Below, one piece after another: positions 25,620 through 35,532 of a DNA stretch of 64,000 nt; position 1 is the first letter of the stretch, and the number at the start of each line of letters is the position of its first letter. Both the position numbers and the translations under genes were made by a program. A model generated the notes under the pieces. The model ran no database searches. It worked only from the letters and a program-made list of their open reading frames with translations, and was not told the DNA's origin. Source of the stretch: a virus. Location of the stretch: IMG/VR virus record IMGVR_UViG_3300049617_000275, positions 1-64,000 of that record; one strand, 5' to 3'.

Positions 25620-26081
25620 TTGTCCCGTAAGCTCTACACAATAAAACTGACTCCGGCCGCCCAACAGGACTTTGGAATCCTGCGGAAGAACGGCACGGCA
25701 ATCAAAACCCGTCTTCGAAGGACTTTAGACAATCTTGCTTTGGACTGCACCCGTGCTTTCCAATCGGCAGTACCTATAGACACCGGCGAGCTTCGAGCAG
25801 GAATAGATTACAAACTTACTTCGGATACCTCTGCGGAGGTATATTTGGAGGAGTTTCAGCATCAAGGAAGTAGAAGAGGGAAACCTATATCTTCTACTTT
25901 ACTAGCTTTTGGGGGAGCAGAAGACAAATTTAAATATCTTCAGGACACTCGACTCAAAAGATCCAGGAGTTCAGATAACTGGGTAGATTTTCCCTCTGCT
26001 CCGGCGCGGAGCAAGACGGCGGGGTGGGAGAAGTTAGGAAAGAAGTACTTCCTGGATCAGTACAAGAAGGTACTAAAGTAA
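25620..26081 (+). CDS. HK97 gp10-like head-tail/tail-completion protein
   Basis: AVPIDTGELRAGIDYKL matches the P.DTG.LR motif of the gp10 family. The start is TTG. Confidence 0.55.
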   Translation: MSRKLYTIKLTPAAQQDFGILRKNGTAIKTRLRRTLDNLALDCTRAFQSAVPIDTGELRAGIDYKLTSDTSAEVYLEEFQHQGSRRGKPISSTLLAFGGAEDKFKYLQDTRLKRSRSSDNWVDFPSAPARSKTAGWEKLGKKYFLDQYKKVLK

Positions 26082-29000
26082 GTGGCCGACGATAACACCT
26101 TAAATATCCCGGTAAGCCTCACCGGAGACTTTGCAAAGATAGAAGCTCTCAAGAAAGGCTTCTCTGTTCCTACAGGAATATCTCTTGCCGGAGAAGGATA
26201 TCAAGAACTCAAGGCTCTATCTGTTAAGCCCATAACAGTCAACATAAACTTGAAAATAGGAGGATCGGACTGGTCCAAACTCCAGGATCTGATACAGAAT
26301 GGGGCTACGATAAATCTAAAGACTTCGGACGGAAGCTCCCGGAGTCGTACTCCTAGAAATATTCCTGTTCCCCCAAACCCTATAGAAACCAAGAAAGGGG
26401 AGTCTGTTGCAGAGTATGACCGAAGACAAATAGAAAGATACCAACAGGAATACGACAAATTCATCCGTTCTCGGATTTCGGATGTTGGAAGTTTGTCTAA
26501 CAATGATAAAGCGAAGCTTCGAGAGCTAGGATATTTAGATAAACCTTCTCTTAACTCTCAGGAAAGAGCAAAGAACTCCCGCGACCTTTACAGAGCTACA
26601 AAGCAATCTGTAACTAGATTCAACGAGCGCAAGCCTATTGATGACCCGGAGAGACAGGCCAACTCCCGAAATCTGTATAGCTTTCTCCGTGCAAGAGAAA
26701 ATTCTTCTCCCATAAATCCCGATGTAGATGTATTGAGACAGAAGGCTGTTACAGAGGCTCTCCGTAAACAGTATGGGAAGTCAGATTCCTCCGATTTGTC
26801 CGGACTTAAATCTCAACTCTCCGGAGTTTTGGGCTCTGTGTCTCCTAAAGCCGTTTTGGGAGCCATACCTGAGCAGTCTCCTGCGGATGTGGGAGCTCAG
26901 CGAAGAAATAAAGTCCTCGGAGAATTACGTAAGAAATATGCCAAGACCGACAATCAGGATTTCTCCTTTCTAAGAAGTATCTCCGGCCCGCTCTCTGCTC
27001 GGAATGTAAAGGACACCCTCGCTGCAATTCCCGATTTATCTCAAGCAGATATCGAATCTGCCCAGAGGCAGGATGTATTGGACTCTATCCGAAAAAGATA
27101 TGGAGGAAGAGGGAACGGATCGAACGACGATAACAACTTTAGCTCCCTACGCCCTCAACTGGAGAAAATAGCTTCCAGGAAAAATATTATAGATAGGGAT
27201 TTAGGTAAAGCCGCAAATGCTATTCCTTCTCCTATAAATCCAGCATATTTAAATGGACCTTTTATTCCTCCGCCTCAATCTCCTCAAGACGCCCGAAGGA
27301 TAGAAATTCAGGAAAGAAAGGATTTCCTAAGACAAGGAAATATAGAGCGGGCACAGGAAGAGTTCTACAGAAGTTCTCTTTTCACTCCCCGCGAAAAAGC
27401 TCTTAAAAACGCGGCTTTCAACAACAATCTCCTTCCAAAAGATCTCGCACATTTAGGAAACAGAAACCCTCTTAACCTAGCACAAAGATTCGATCAATCT
27501 TCTACCCGTGATCTTCTCTTTTCCCTCCTTGTGGGAGGCGGGGGAGGTCTAGGTAAGTTAGGAGGTGTTACAGGAAGTGTAGTAGGCACCGCAATTGGAG
27601 GACCGGGTGGAGGTCTTATAGGATCTTTGGCTGGACAATTCGCCGGAGAGAAACTTTCCGAGACTTTCAATCAACTAACTGAGAGTTTCCGAAGTGCAAC
27701 AGAGGCTGGAAAAGCTTTCCAACAGTCTGTTACTTCTATAGGAGCTGTGCTCAACAACACAACGGAAATTGCGTCTCCTGCCGGAGGGGATCAATTTGCT
27801 CTCCAAACTCAAAGAGCAAGAGAATTCCAATTGGAAGCCAGGAAAAATCTACTTCCTTTCGGTATCGCCGGACAAAGCGAAGTAGCGGTAGCCCAGGGTC
27901 TTGCAACAGGACTTGTCCCTCGCGTGCCTGGTATATCCGCACAGCAATTCGGAAAGCTTGCAGGAGCCTTAGGAGCGACCTCTCAGGTCCTTAGACCGGA
28001 TCTTGCTCAAAACCCTACTCGATATCTAAAAGATGTAGAAGATCTTTCTTCCGGAAATACCTCCGCGGCCCGTAGGACGGAGCTAGGTATTGCTCTCAAC
28101 ACTGCTTCGCCGGGGTTTATAGAGAAGTTGGCCAATGCTCAAACCTCCGAAGATATAGATGAGCTTACAAAATCCCTGCAAGGCTTCCAAGACGCTCTTT
28201 CCAAGACGTCTACTGGAAGCAGACAGTTAACAGTTATTGCCGGAGTGTTCGATAAGCTGCTGACAGCCTTCGGAGACAAACTCCTGGATTCCCAAGTTGA
28301 TGGGCTCAAGAAGCTTGTAGATGTTTTAACGGATGAGAAACTCACCGAGGATGCAGAAGCTCTGGGCGATGCTTTGGGCAAGCTTGCTTCAAGTATTGAG
28401 AGTGCCCTTGCAGGTGTGCTGGAATCTGTTAAAAACTTTACTTCCGGTGTCTCCGGCGCTGTCTCTCTTCCTGGACATCTTGCGGAGTTTAGCAAAAACC
28501 CTGGACCTGAGACCGCCTTATCTCTTGCAAAAGATCTGAAAGGATTAACTTCGCTGGGAGACAAAACAGACCCTCAACTTCAGAAACTCAGAGAATACCT
28601 AGACGGAGCAATAGAGAAATTCTCTGGTGTTGTAAAACCTGCTCTTGAAGCTCAACAGAAATTCTCTGGCGCCCTCAAGAGTTTATTCCAGCAAGCCGGA
28701 GCGGGCGGAGACGAATCCCCTTCTGACTATCTAGACAAGGAAACTTCTTCTTCTCCTACATATAAACTTGCTTACAACGATGCAATTCGCCAAGCCCTCA
28801 ATGCTCCGGCCGGAGGAATTTCCCGTAATCCTTTGACAGGGGAGATAATATCTCGCAATATCTCTCAAGAAGAAGGGGTGCCTGAGGCACAACTCAAGAA
28901 TGCCTTCGAGACTCTCAAAAACCTAGATTCCGAATTTTCGGAGAAATCCAAGAATATAGATACTGGATTTCTGGGGGAAGGAGATAACGGAGGTCTCCGG

Positions 29001-30593
29001 GAGTTGCGTACTCTGCGAAATAATAGGCTTGCAGGTCAGAAATCTACTTTAGATGATCTCAAACAAGCTTTCTCCTCTCTTCCCGCAGTAGACGAGAATT
29101 CTTCTTTTAGAGATAGACTGCAACGCTCTGAGCTTCAGAATTCCATATCTGACAAAGAGAAAATATACGGAAAGAACAGTAGAGAAAGCCTTAGGAGTGA
29201 CATATCCGAGGACAAACAGGAGTTGGAGAACTCCCATCAACTCTCGAATGCAATCCGGCAACTAAACAGCACTCTTACTTCTACAGACAACAAGTTCAAG
29301 AGTTTGAATACCTCCCTCGATCAAGCAAAAGCTGGGCTAGACGAGCTTGCCTCTAAATCCGCCGCTGCTTATGCCTCCAAAGAGGAACAGCTTACAAATG
29401 CTATTGAATCCTACAAGAAAGGAGGCTATGCGGAATCTACCGGTATAGGACTGAATCTGGATGTTACGGATGAGGATATTAACGCAATCAAGGGTAATTC
29501 CATCCTTGCTCAAATCGATCAACTCCGGGCGGAGACCGGACATCCGGGAGAAAATAGAGCTGCTCCCTTTGGTGTTTCCGGTCAAGTCTCCCCCGGTCTT
29601 TCCGGCTCTTTCCAACTCGGACTGCAAAAGGATCAGGAAAATGCTCAAGAAAAGGTTGTAGATGCACAGAGTGCTGTAGACAGCTTTTCTGAAGAACTGG
29701 ATCACTCCGTCGAAGCTTTGAGACTCTTTATCGAGGAGCTGGAGAGTTTCACTCAAGCTGATCCGGATAAAAGTCTGCGAAGACTTGCAGAACAGAATCC
29801 TGTAGATCTGCGAGGAAAGGGCACTCCGGCAATTGCCGCTGGGGGCAATCTTATTCCTGGATTTTCTCTCAACGGAGAATCTGTTGTAAATCCTTTGGCT
29901 ACGGGAGCTACAGATGCAGGGAATATCTCCGGATTCTCTTTTGACGGAGCACAGGTTGCAAATCCTCTTCTCTCCGGTGGACAAACACAGATAGGCAATA
30001 TTCCTGGGTTTACACAGGAAGGCAATCAAGTTGCCAACCCCCTTGGAAATTTTGAACCTGTTCGCTCTGTGGACAATCTTGTAAAAGATGCTCAAAAACA
30101 GATAGAGGATTTCTCTAATCCGGACAGGGTTGTAGGAGATCTGGACACCCAAACTCAAGATTTATCCGATCTGGGAGTCCCCGGAGGAGAGCCGGTGGGA
30201 AGTAAGGTACAGAAGATAAGTTCCTTAAAACGTGTTCCCAGGAACAATATTGGAAGCGCAGTTGCCGCCGGAGTTCTACAGCTCCCTGGAGCAGGGCTTA
30301 CAGGATACAACCCTTCTTACGGAAGGAAGGAGCTTGCAGAGAACCTTTTTGGAGCTTTTGGAGACTCTTCGGATACTTTCCGCCCCGCCGCCCCCGCTTT
30401 GCCTAAAGCAAACACAAACCTTATGAACAGCAGTTTCCAGTTCTCTAACCCTGCTGCTCAGCAGGCCAAGCCGGACGCAGCCGCTGCTCAGGAAGCTTCC
30501 AAGACCAATCAAATCTTGGGTCAGCTCCCCTCTATGATTCAATACGCAATTCAAAACTCTTTACAGACATCCTTTGCCGGAGCGAGTACGTAA
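26082..30593 (+). CDS. tape-measure protein (1503 aa)
   Basis: Very long helical ORF. Three repeats of about 55 aa (RK.YG/AK.D...FS.L....L.AIPD.S.AD) lie in the N-terminal third. A Gly-rich hydrophobic segment is LLVGGGGGLGKLGGVTGSVVGTAIGGPGGG. Three GNI.GF...G..V.NPL repeats lie near the C-terminus. Confidence 0.8.
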   Translation: MADDNTLNIPVSLTGDFAKIEALKKGFSVPTGISLAGEGYQELKALSVKPITVNINLKIGGSDWSKLQDLIQNGATINLKTSDGSSRSRTPRNIPVPPNPIETKKGESVAEYDRRQIERYQQEYDKFIRSRISDVGSLSNNDKAKLRELGYLDKPSLNSQERAKNSRDLYRATKQSVTRFNERKPIDDPERQANSRNLYSFLRARENSSPINPDVDVLRQKAVTEALRKQYGKSDSSDLSGLKSQLSGVLGSVSPKAVLGAIPEQSPADVGAQRRNKVLGELRKKYAKTDNQDFSFLRSISGPLSARNVKDTLAAIPDLSQADIESAQRQDVLDSIRKRYGGRGNGSNDDNNFSSLRPQLEKIASRKNIIDRDLGKAANAIPSPINPAYLNGPFIPPPQSPQDARRIEIQERKDFLRQGNIERAQEEFYRSSLFTPREKALKNAAFNNNLLPKDLAHLGNRNPLNLAQRFDQSSTRDLLFSLLVGGGGGLGKLGGVTGSVVGTAIGGPGGGLIGSLAGQFAGEKLSETFNQLTESFRSATEAGKAFQQSVTSIGAVLNNTTEIASPAGGDQFALQTQRAREFQLEARKNLLPFGIAGQSEVAVAQGLATGLVPRVPGISAQQFGKLAGALGATSQVLRPDLAQNPTRYLKDVEDLSSGNTSAARRTELGIALNTASPGFIEKLANAQTSEDIDELTKSLQGFQDALSKTSTGSRQLTVIAGVFDKLLTAFGDKLLDSQVDGLKKLVDVLTDEKLTEDAEALGDALGKLASSIESALAGVLESVKNFTSGVSGAVSLPGHLAEFSKNPGPETALSLAKDLKGLTSLGDKTDPQLQKLREYLDGAIEKFSGVVKPALEAQQKFSGALKSLFQQAGAGGDESPSDYLDKETSSSPTYKLAYNDAIRQALNAPAGGISRNPLTGEIISRNISQEEGVPEAQLKNAFETLKNLDSEFSEKSKNIDTGFLGEGDNGGLRELRTLRNNRLAGQKSTLDDLKQAFSSLPAVDENSSFRDRLQRSELQNSISDKEKIYGKNSRESLRSDISEDKQELENSHQLSNAIRQLNSTLTSTDNKFKSLNTSLDQAKAGLDELASKSAAAYASKEEQLTNAIESYKKGGYAESTGIGLNLDVTDEDINAIKGNSILAQIDQLRAETGHPGENRAAPFGVSGQVSPGLSGSFQLGLQKDQENAQEKVVDAQSAVDSFSEELDHSVEALRLFIEELESFTQADPDKSLRRLAEQNPVDLRGKGTPAIAAGGNLIPGFSLNGESVVNPLATGATDAGNISGFSFDGAQVANPLLSGGQTQIGNIPGFTQEGNQVANPLGNFEPVRSVDNLVKDAQKQIEDFSNPDRVVGDLDTQTQDLSDLGVPGGEPVGSKVQKISSLKRVPRNNIGSAVAAGVLQLPGAGLTGYNPSYGRKELAENLFGAFGDSSDTFRPAAPALPKANTNLMNSSFQFSNPAAQQAKPDAAAAQEASKTNQILGQLPSMIQYAIQNSLQTSFAGAST

Positions 30594-30597
30594 TTTT

Positions 30598-31263
30598 ATG
30601 CCTATCTCCCCCCGCGCGTCTAATATCAAAATAATTTCTACTCTGAGTCCCGTTGTGTCTGCGAATTTATATGTGGATGAACTCTCCTACACTTTCCTTC
30701 GACAGAATTTTGATAGGTTGGAATTCTCGAATGTAAAGCTTAAGGAAGCTCCTACTTCCACCGGAGCACTTCCCCTTATCGTTACTGCTTTCGGAGGTCA
30801 GCTTATACAGTTGGCTTCTACCTGTACAAACGACTCCCCCCGACCTCTTGGTCCGGACGATGCAAACATCGGGAACATAAAACAGTGTTTTAACATCACC
30901 CGTTATACTCTCCGCGGAGCTGCCAACACAGAGACAGACATAGGAAATCTGTTCCAGATCTGGAATTATCACTGCGACTTGCTTAATGCCTTTGATCTGT
31001 ACCTTCAGGAACTCAACATGTTTGTCTCCTACTCTTTTCTTGTTGATACCCTCCAACCTTTAGATTTCTCATATCTCACCACCACCGGAGTGTCTATGGC
31101 AGGCCCTGCTCTTTTTCAAACAGAAAACAATCTTCTGATATCTTCTTTCACCGGCGGGGTTATCTACGAATCTCAAGTTCCGGGAGGGAGTAATTCAACT
31201 GTCTTACAGGACTTCGAGATGGTAATAGAGAATAGGGTAATATCCTCGCAAGGCACAGATTAG
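30598..31263 (+). CDS. distal tail protein candidate (221 aa)
   Basis: ATG lies 5 nt after the tape-measure stop. The call rests on position only. Confidence 0.5.
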   Translation: MPISPRASNIKIISTLSPVVSANLYVDELSYTFLRQNFDRLEFSNVKLKEAPTSTGALPLIVTAFGGQLIQLASTCTNDSPRPLGPDDANIGNIKQCFNITRYTLRGAANTETDIGNLFQIWNYHCDLLNAFDLYLQELNMFVSYSFLVDTLQPLDFSYLTTTGVSMAGPALFQTENNLLISSFTGGVIYESQVPGGSNSTVLQDFEMVIENRVISSQGTD

Positions 31264-31390
31264 TTCGGTGGAATCGGGTGTTTCCGGGTGTTTCACCATA
31301 CGGTAAAACAGGGCAAAAGAGCGAAACAGTTTGTCTCCGGGCGAATATGTATACTTGCAGTAGATAGAAACAAGGAAAGGTAAACCGCCG

Positions 31391-32278
31391 GTGTCAGTAG
31401 CTAATGTAGGACTAAACTTCTATGTCCAAGATTCTTTTAACTTGGCAAGTCAAGTTGATCCTACGGATACGTTTGTTTCCTCTCCTACGGCTACATATAA
31501 GTTATCGAATAAACCTACCTCACGGTTAGGGCAAACAATCCAAGCCGGGAATGTGGAGTATTATCAATTCAACGGGGGCTTTACAACCAACTCCGCCGCG
31601 TCTACCTTTACTCTGGCTTCGACTCCGGCGGCTGGTACTCAAGTAGTTGCTCCTGGAATTACCCAGGTTATAGTATCTGCTTTTGATCAGCCCGTGGTTC
31701 CAGGGGTGGCTACGCCTCTTGTAGGTCAGACAGATTGCTGGCTTTGCGATCCTTCCACAATCAACAATTACAAGTACGAGCCCTTTCCTTACTACCACGG
31801 CATTCAAATCTCTGTTGTAGACCTCATCTCCGGCGGAGGTATCTCTACAAGTTGGATACAGATGGCTTCTGCGGATGCAAACGGGAATGCTCTGACGTTT
31901 GGAGCAACCGGCGCACCTCTGTATCTTCCTCCGCTCGATGCTCAGACTACTTTATCTACTACTGTATGTGCAGCCGCATCTACGATAACTGTTGCAAATA
32001 TTGCACAGAATTGGTTTCCCGCTCAGTATATCCTGATCAACCCCGGTGGAATTACACAGGAGATAAGACAGGTGACGCTGGTAAACACCGTCTCTTCCCA
32101 ACTCTCTATTCAAAACACCGGGTTCTCTTTTGGACATGCCGCCGGGGAATTGATCTTTGCTTGTGGGTATCCTTTTGTAATACAGATGACAGTTCCCGTG
32201 AATGCTGCGAACAACACTCCGGTCAACCTATACAATCTAGGATTGCAACGTTTCTGCGCTGTAAGTGCTCGTTCGTAG
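31391..32278 (+). CDS. tail/baseplate structural protein (295 aa)
   Basis: GTG start with an AAGGAAAGG Shine-Dalgarno. Confidence 0.55.
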   Translation: MSVANVGLNFYVQDSFNLASQVDPTDTFVSSPTATYKLSNKPTSRLGQTIQAGNVEYYQFNGGFTTNSAASTFTLASTPAAGTQVVAPGITQVIVSAFDQPVVPGVATPLVGQTDCWLCDPSTINNYKYEPFPYYHGIQISVVDLISGGGISTSWIQMASADANGNALTFGATGAPLYLPPLDAQTTLSTTVCAAASTITVANIAQNWFPAQYILINPGGITQEIRQVTLVNTVSSQLSIQNTGFSFGHAAGELIFACGYPFVIQMTVPVNAANNTPVNLYNLGLQRFCAVSARS

Positions 32279-32296
32279 CGCTATTTCATTACACTA

Positions 32297-32368
32297 TCCG
32301 AGTAAAGAATGTCGAAATCTTGGCCCCTTGCTCCCAAAGCAAGTGCTCTTCCTCTGAGCTACACCCGG
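32297..32368 (-). tRNA. tRNA-Pro (anticodon UGG)-like, antisense to the flanking genes, weak T stem
   Basis: Reverse strand fold. Acceptor CCGGGTG/TACTCGG, TA-GCTC-AGAGGAA-GAGC D arm, anticodon arm CTTGC-TTTGGGA-GCAAG, T arm AAGAT-TTCGACA-TTCTT with a 53-61 U-U mismatch. Confidence 0.55.
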
Positions 32369-32450
32369 ACCCATATTTTATCTCTAAAGTTCGCCGGTGT
32401 CAAGGATAGAATAGGGTCGAACAGTAGGAAAAGGAAGAGAGATAGATAAA

Positions 32451-33104
32451 TTGGCAGACGTACAGTATATAGACGACCCTTCGGTAGATTCCTCGAAAAT
32501 TCCCACCGGCGCAGCCCCCTCTTATGTCAAGTGGGACGTGTACACACGGGAAGTGCTGGGAACAACCCAATCTTTTGATCCTATCTCCGGAGCGTGGGAC
32601 ACGCTGGATATTGTGGGAGACGTTGTTCACGAATCCCACGGAACAAACCTTGTTGTAAACACCGGGCGGAGTCAGCTTCTAGGAACAGGGTTTATTCCCT
32701 CTGCTTCTGGAACTACAGGTTTCTACTACCTCGGAGTAGGTGCCTCCGCCGTTGCTGCTGCTGTTACAGATACCCGTCTCACTTACGAACTCATAGGCAA
32801 TCCTTCCCGCAAAACGGTCACGGACTCTAGCGGAAATGTTCCTTCTCCTTCGGACATCCAAACTCAGACAACGATTGTAGGAACGTGTTCTTTTTATCAG
32901 CAACTTGTTCTTCAGGCAATATTTACCTCTTCCGACGGAAACAACGGAACTACCTTCAACGAGTACGGATTGTTCACCTCCACCACCCTGCCGGGAAGTC
33001 CTGTGGGAACTTCGGGAACAATGTACAACCACTACATTGATCCTTCTCCGGCTTTCAAATCTTCTACCAATCAAGTAACTGCGGTAGTTACGATCTACCT
33101 GTAA
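32451..33104 (+). CDS. tail/baseplate structural protein (217 aa)
   Basis: TTG start with an AGGAAGAGAG Shine-Dalgarno. Confidence 0.55.
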   Translation: MADVQYIDDPSVDSSKIPTGAAPSYVKWDVYTREVLGTTQSFDPISGAWDTLDIVGDVVHESHGTNLVVNTGRSQLLGTGFIPSASGTTGFYYLGVGASAVAAAVTDTRLTYELIGNPSRKTVTDSSGNVPSPSDIQTQTTIVGTCSFYQQLVLQAIFTSSDGNNGTTFNEYGLFTSTTLPGSPVGTSGTMYNHYIDPSPAFKSSTNQVTAVVTIYL

Positions 33105-33120
33105 TCCGGGAGGGCAGTTT

Positions 33121-34335
33121 ATGCTTACTCTCCGCGGAGACATCTTTCCTGTAGCGGGAAACTACGGATTCTTAGGTGTCTGTGCCTCAGGAAATAACAT
33201 ATATACGGTTACATCGGAACCTAAATTCCGGCAATACGAGTTTACTTATCTTACTCAAACTGCTTCCAGCACTGCAAATCTTCTTGGATCTACTCCCTCG
33301 GACATTACCCTTATTGCTCCTACAACGGCATGTATTTCTTACTCTGGAAGCAACAGATTCGATCTTATTTGTCTCACAACCTACGCAACGGCGGGAATTA
33401 CCACCGGCGCAGCCGCTACTAACGGAAGTACTACAACCCACCAACAATGTGCAGGTAATCCTGCAACAGGATTTGCCCTTGCAACGGATAACACAGCAGG
33501 AAAGATCCAACTTATAAATTCTGCAAATAACACCTGCTTACCCGTCACTCCCTCCGGCGGGAGTTGGGGGACGGATACTGCTTACTGTGTGATTGTGAAG
33601 CCTGATTCCAACACTTGGCTTGTAGGAACGAACAAAGGAAAGATATATGAAATATCCTCCGCCGGAGCTATCCTCAACACAATTGTTCTCCCTTCTTCTG
33701 CTGTTGTTGCTCCTTCTTCCCTTATCCCTACTGTCCAAGTCCAAACTCTCTCTTACTGTCCGACTACTTCTGCTGTATGCGCCATTACCCAGAACGGACC
33801 AATGTATGTTTACACCTGGCCTACTGCTGTTCCGGTCTCTTCTTACATATCCATTGCATCGAAGCCAGTTCTATGCCAATCTTCTTCAGGAACTGCAATC
33901 TTAGGCAATGCCGCCGGAGACGGTTTTGGTCTTATCTCCGAGATTTACTTCGAACAGGGGTATCCTGTATTCTCTTCTCAAATAGGAATAGAGAACTCCG
34001 GCGGGTGTTACACAGTAGGGCTAGAGAACACTTTTAACTATGCTTGGAGTTCCAACTCCACTACCAACACTTACCCTGCTCTTCGGATTTACAATATTAC
34101 CTCTTCCCAGAAGACTACTGTTCCTTCTGCTTCCCAAAACCCTCCAGGAAGTTATGTAAATCAGAGAATTATTCGCTTTCGCGACGACGGAATAGGGACG
34201 GCCTGCGTAGAATACGATGCTTATATGGTGTCGGCTGGACCTATCAACCTTCCTTGCACAAACGACCGGAACTACATCGAGTTAGGAATAAACCAAGCCG
34301 GGACGGAGTGGGATATAAGGGAGTTCACTGCGTGA
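33121..34335 (+). CDS. tail structural protein (404 aa), paralog A
   Basis: GGGAGGG Shine-Dalgarno. It shares WL(V/I)GT..G.IYEI and GIG...VE(Y/W)D.YM with the next gene. Confidence 0.6.
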   Translation: MLTLRGDIFPVAGNYGFLGVCASGNNIYTVTSEPKFRQYEFTYLTQTASSTANLLGSTPSDITLIAPTTACISYSGSNRFDLICLTTYATAGITTGAAATNGSTTTHQQCAGNPATGFALATDNTAGKIQLINSANNTCLPVTPSGGSWGTDTAYCVIVKPDSNTWLVGTNKGKIYEISSAGAILNTIVLPSSAVVAPSSLIPTVQVQTLSYCPTTSAVCAITQNGPMYVYTWPTAVPVSSYISIASKPVLCQSSSGTAILGNAAGDGFGLISEIYFEQGYPVFSSQIGIENSGGCYTVGLENTFNYAWSSNSTTNTYPALRIYNITSSQKTTVPSASQNPPGSYVNQRIIRFRDDGIGTACVEYDAYMVSAGPINLPCTNDRNYIELGINQAGTEWDIREFTA

Positions 34336-34340
34336 TCACA

Positions 34341-35531
34341 ATGTCTGCTTCTACAACTCTTCCTTCCTACACCCCACGAGATGGGGTATGGAATGAATAC
34401 AACGGACAGATTGTTCTTGTAGAGAACAATCTTAACTCTATTCGCACATATTCCAATACCTGTGTCTTTCAGGCATCTTCTGCGTTAGGATTCACTCCCG
34501 CCGGAGTCTCTATTGTAAACTCGTCCTCGGCCGTGGTTGTAAGCAGTTCCAATACTTCAATAGCACTTGTAACTTTGACTCTTACTGCCTCACAGGTATT
34601 TACCGGTGTAACCGCAGGATTAAACTCCAGTACTGCTCGGGGACAGATTGTTTCCGCTGATCCCTCTACAGGGATTGTCTTCTATATCCCTAACGGCGAC
34701 AAGACCATAGAGCAGTTTAACACAAATACATTTACTGCTCAATCTTTCACCCTTCCCATGTATTCGGGCGATCAGTGCAACTGCATAATCCTCAAATCCC
34801 CAGGAAGATGGCTCATAGGGACTCTGGATGGATATATCTACGAAATAGATGTGAACGGAGTTGTTCAGGATTGTTACTCCCTCGTACTTCCTGCTGTACG
34901 TGCTCCTTTGAACGCATTGACCGCTATCACCAATCTTGCTTACGACAACAATATGTTGCTAGTATCTACCAACCAAATGTTGTTTTATTTAGATTGGTCA
35001 ACAAAGACCCAAATCCCTATTTCTCCTACAATTGCAGGAGGGAATACGAACGGAATTACTTTGTGCTCTGGCGCCTCCGGCGAGACTCTTGCGGTGCTAA
35101 GCGGCATATCTGCTGTAGGAAACAACAGTATAGTCGCGGAACTAGACTTCACAATTCAGCCAGGAAGCTGCCGGGGTCAGATATATTGGTCGAACAATCA
35201 ACCCCCCATAACTATAGGATTATCCCAAAATTATGCAATGGGATTCGGGATAGATAACAGCCAAAAAACTCTTGCGGTGTTTAACGTCTCAACCAGAGGA
35301 ACAACAACAGAGACATTTAACATTCCTCCGGGAAACAGTATCTCCGGTGTAGCGCAGGGGAGAGTTATCCTTGCAAACGACCCTGGCATTGGGGATTGCT
35401 TTGTGGAGTGGGACACATACATGCGCTTTCCCGGTACATATCGTGTACCCACCGGACAGACTCTTATGCCTGTTTACAAGCTAGGAGACGGAGCTAACGC
35501 CCTATTCTACGCTTCGAGGTTCAATACGTAG
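34341..35531 (+). CDS. tail structural protein (396 aa), paralog B
   Basis: ATG lies 6 nt after the previous stop. The track ORF from 34044 overlaps the upstream gene. Confidence 0.6.
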   Translation: MSASTTLPSYTPRDGVWNEYNGQIVLVENNLNSIRTYSNTCVFQASSALGFTPAGVSIVNSSSAVVVSSSNTSIALVTLTLTASQVFTGVTAGLNSSTARGQIVSADPSTGIVFYIPNGDKTIEQFNTNTFTAQSFTLPMYSGDQCNCIILKSPGRWLIGTLDGYIYEIDVNGVVQDCYSLVLPAVRAPLNALTAITNLAYDNNMLLVSTNQMLFYLDWSTKTQIPISPTIAGGNTNGITLCSGASGETLAVLSGISAVGNNSIVAELDFTIQPGSCRGQIYWSNNQPPITIGLSQNYAMGFGIDNSQKTLAVFNVSTRGTTTETFNIPPGNSISGVAQGRVILANDPGIGDCFVEWDTYMRFPGTYRVPTGQTLMPVYKLGDGANALFYASRFNT

Positions 35532-35532
35532 T

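Noticed and set aside
29337-30158. 273-aa antisense ORF inside the tape-measure gene
   Set aside because: It is fully embedded opposite a far longer, motif-bearing gene. It has a low-complexity translation and no start context.
31735-32409. 224-aa plus-strand ORF in an alternative frame
   Set aside because: It overlaps most of gene 31391..32278 and the tRNA-Pro-like gene. The translation is Cys/Arg-rich and typical of an off-frame read.
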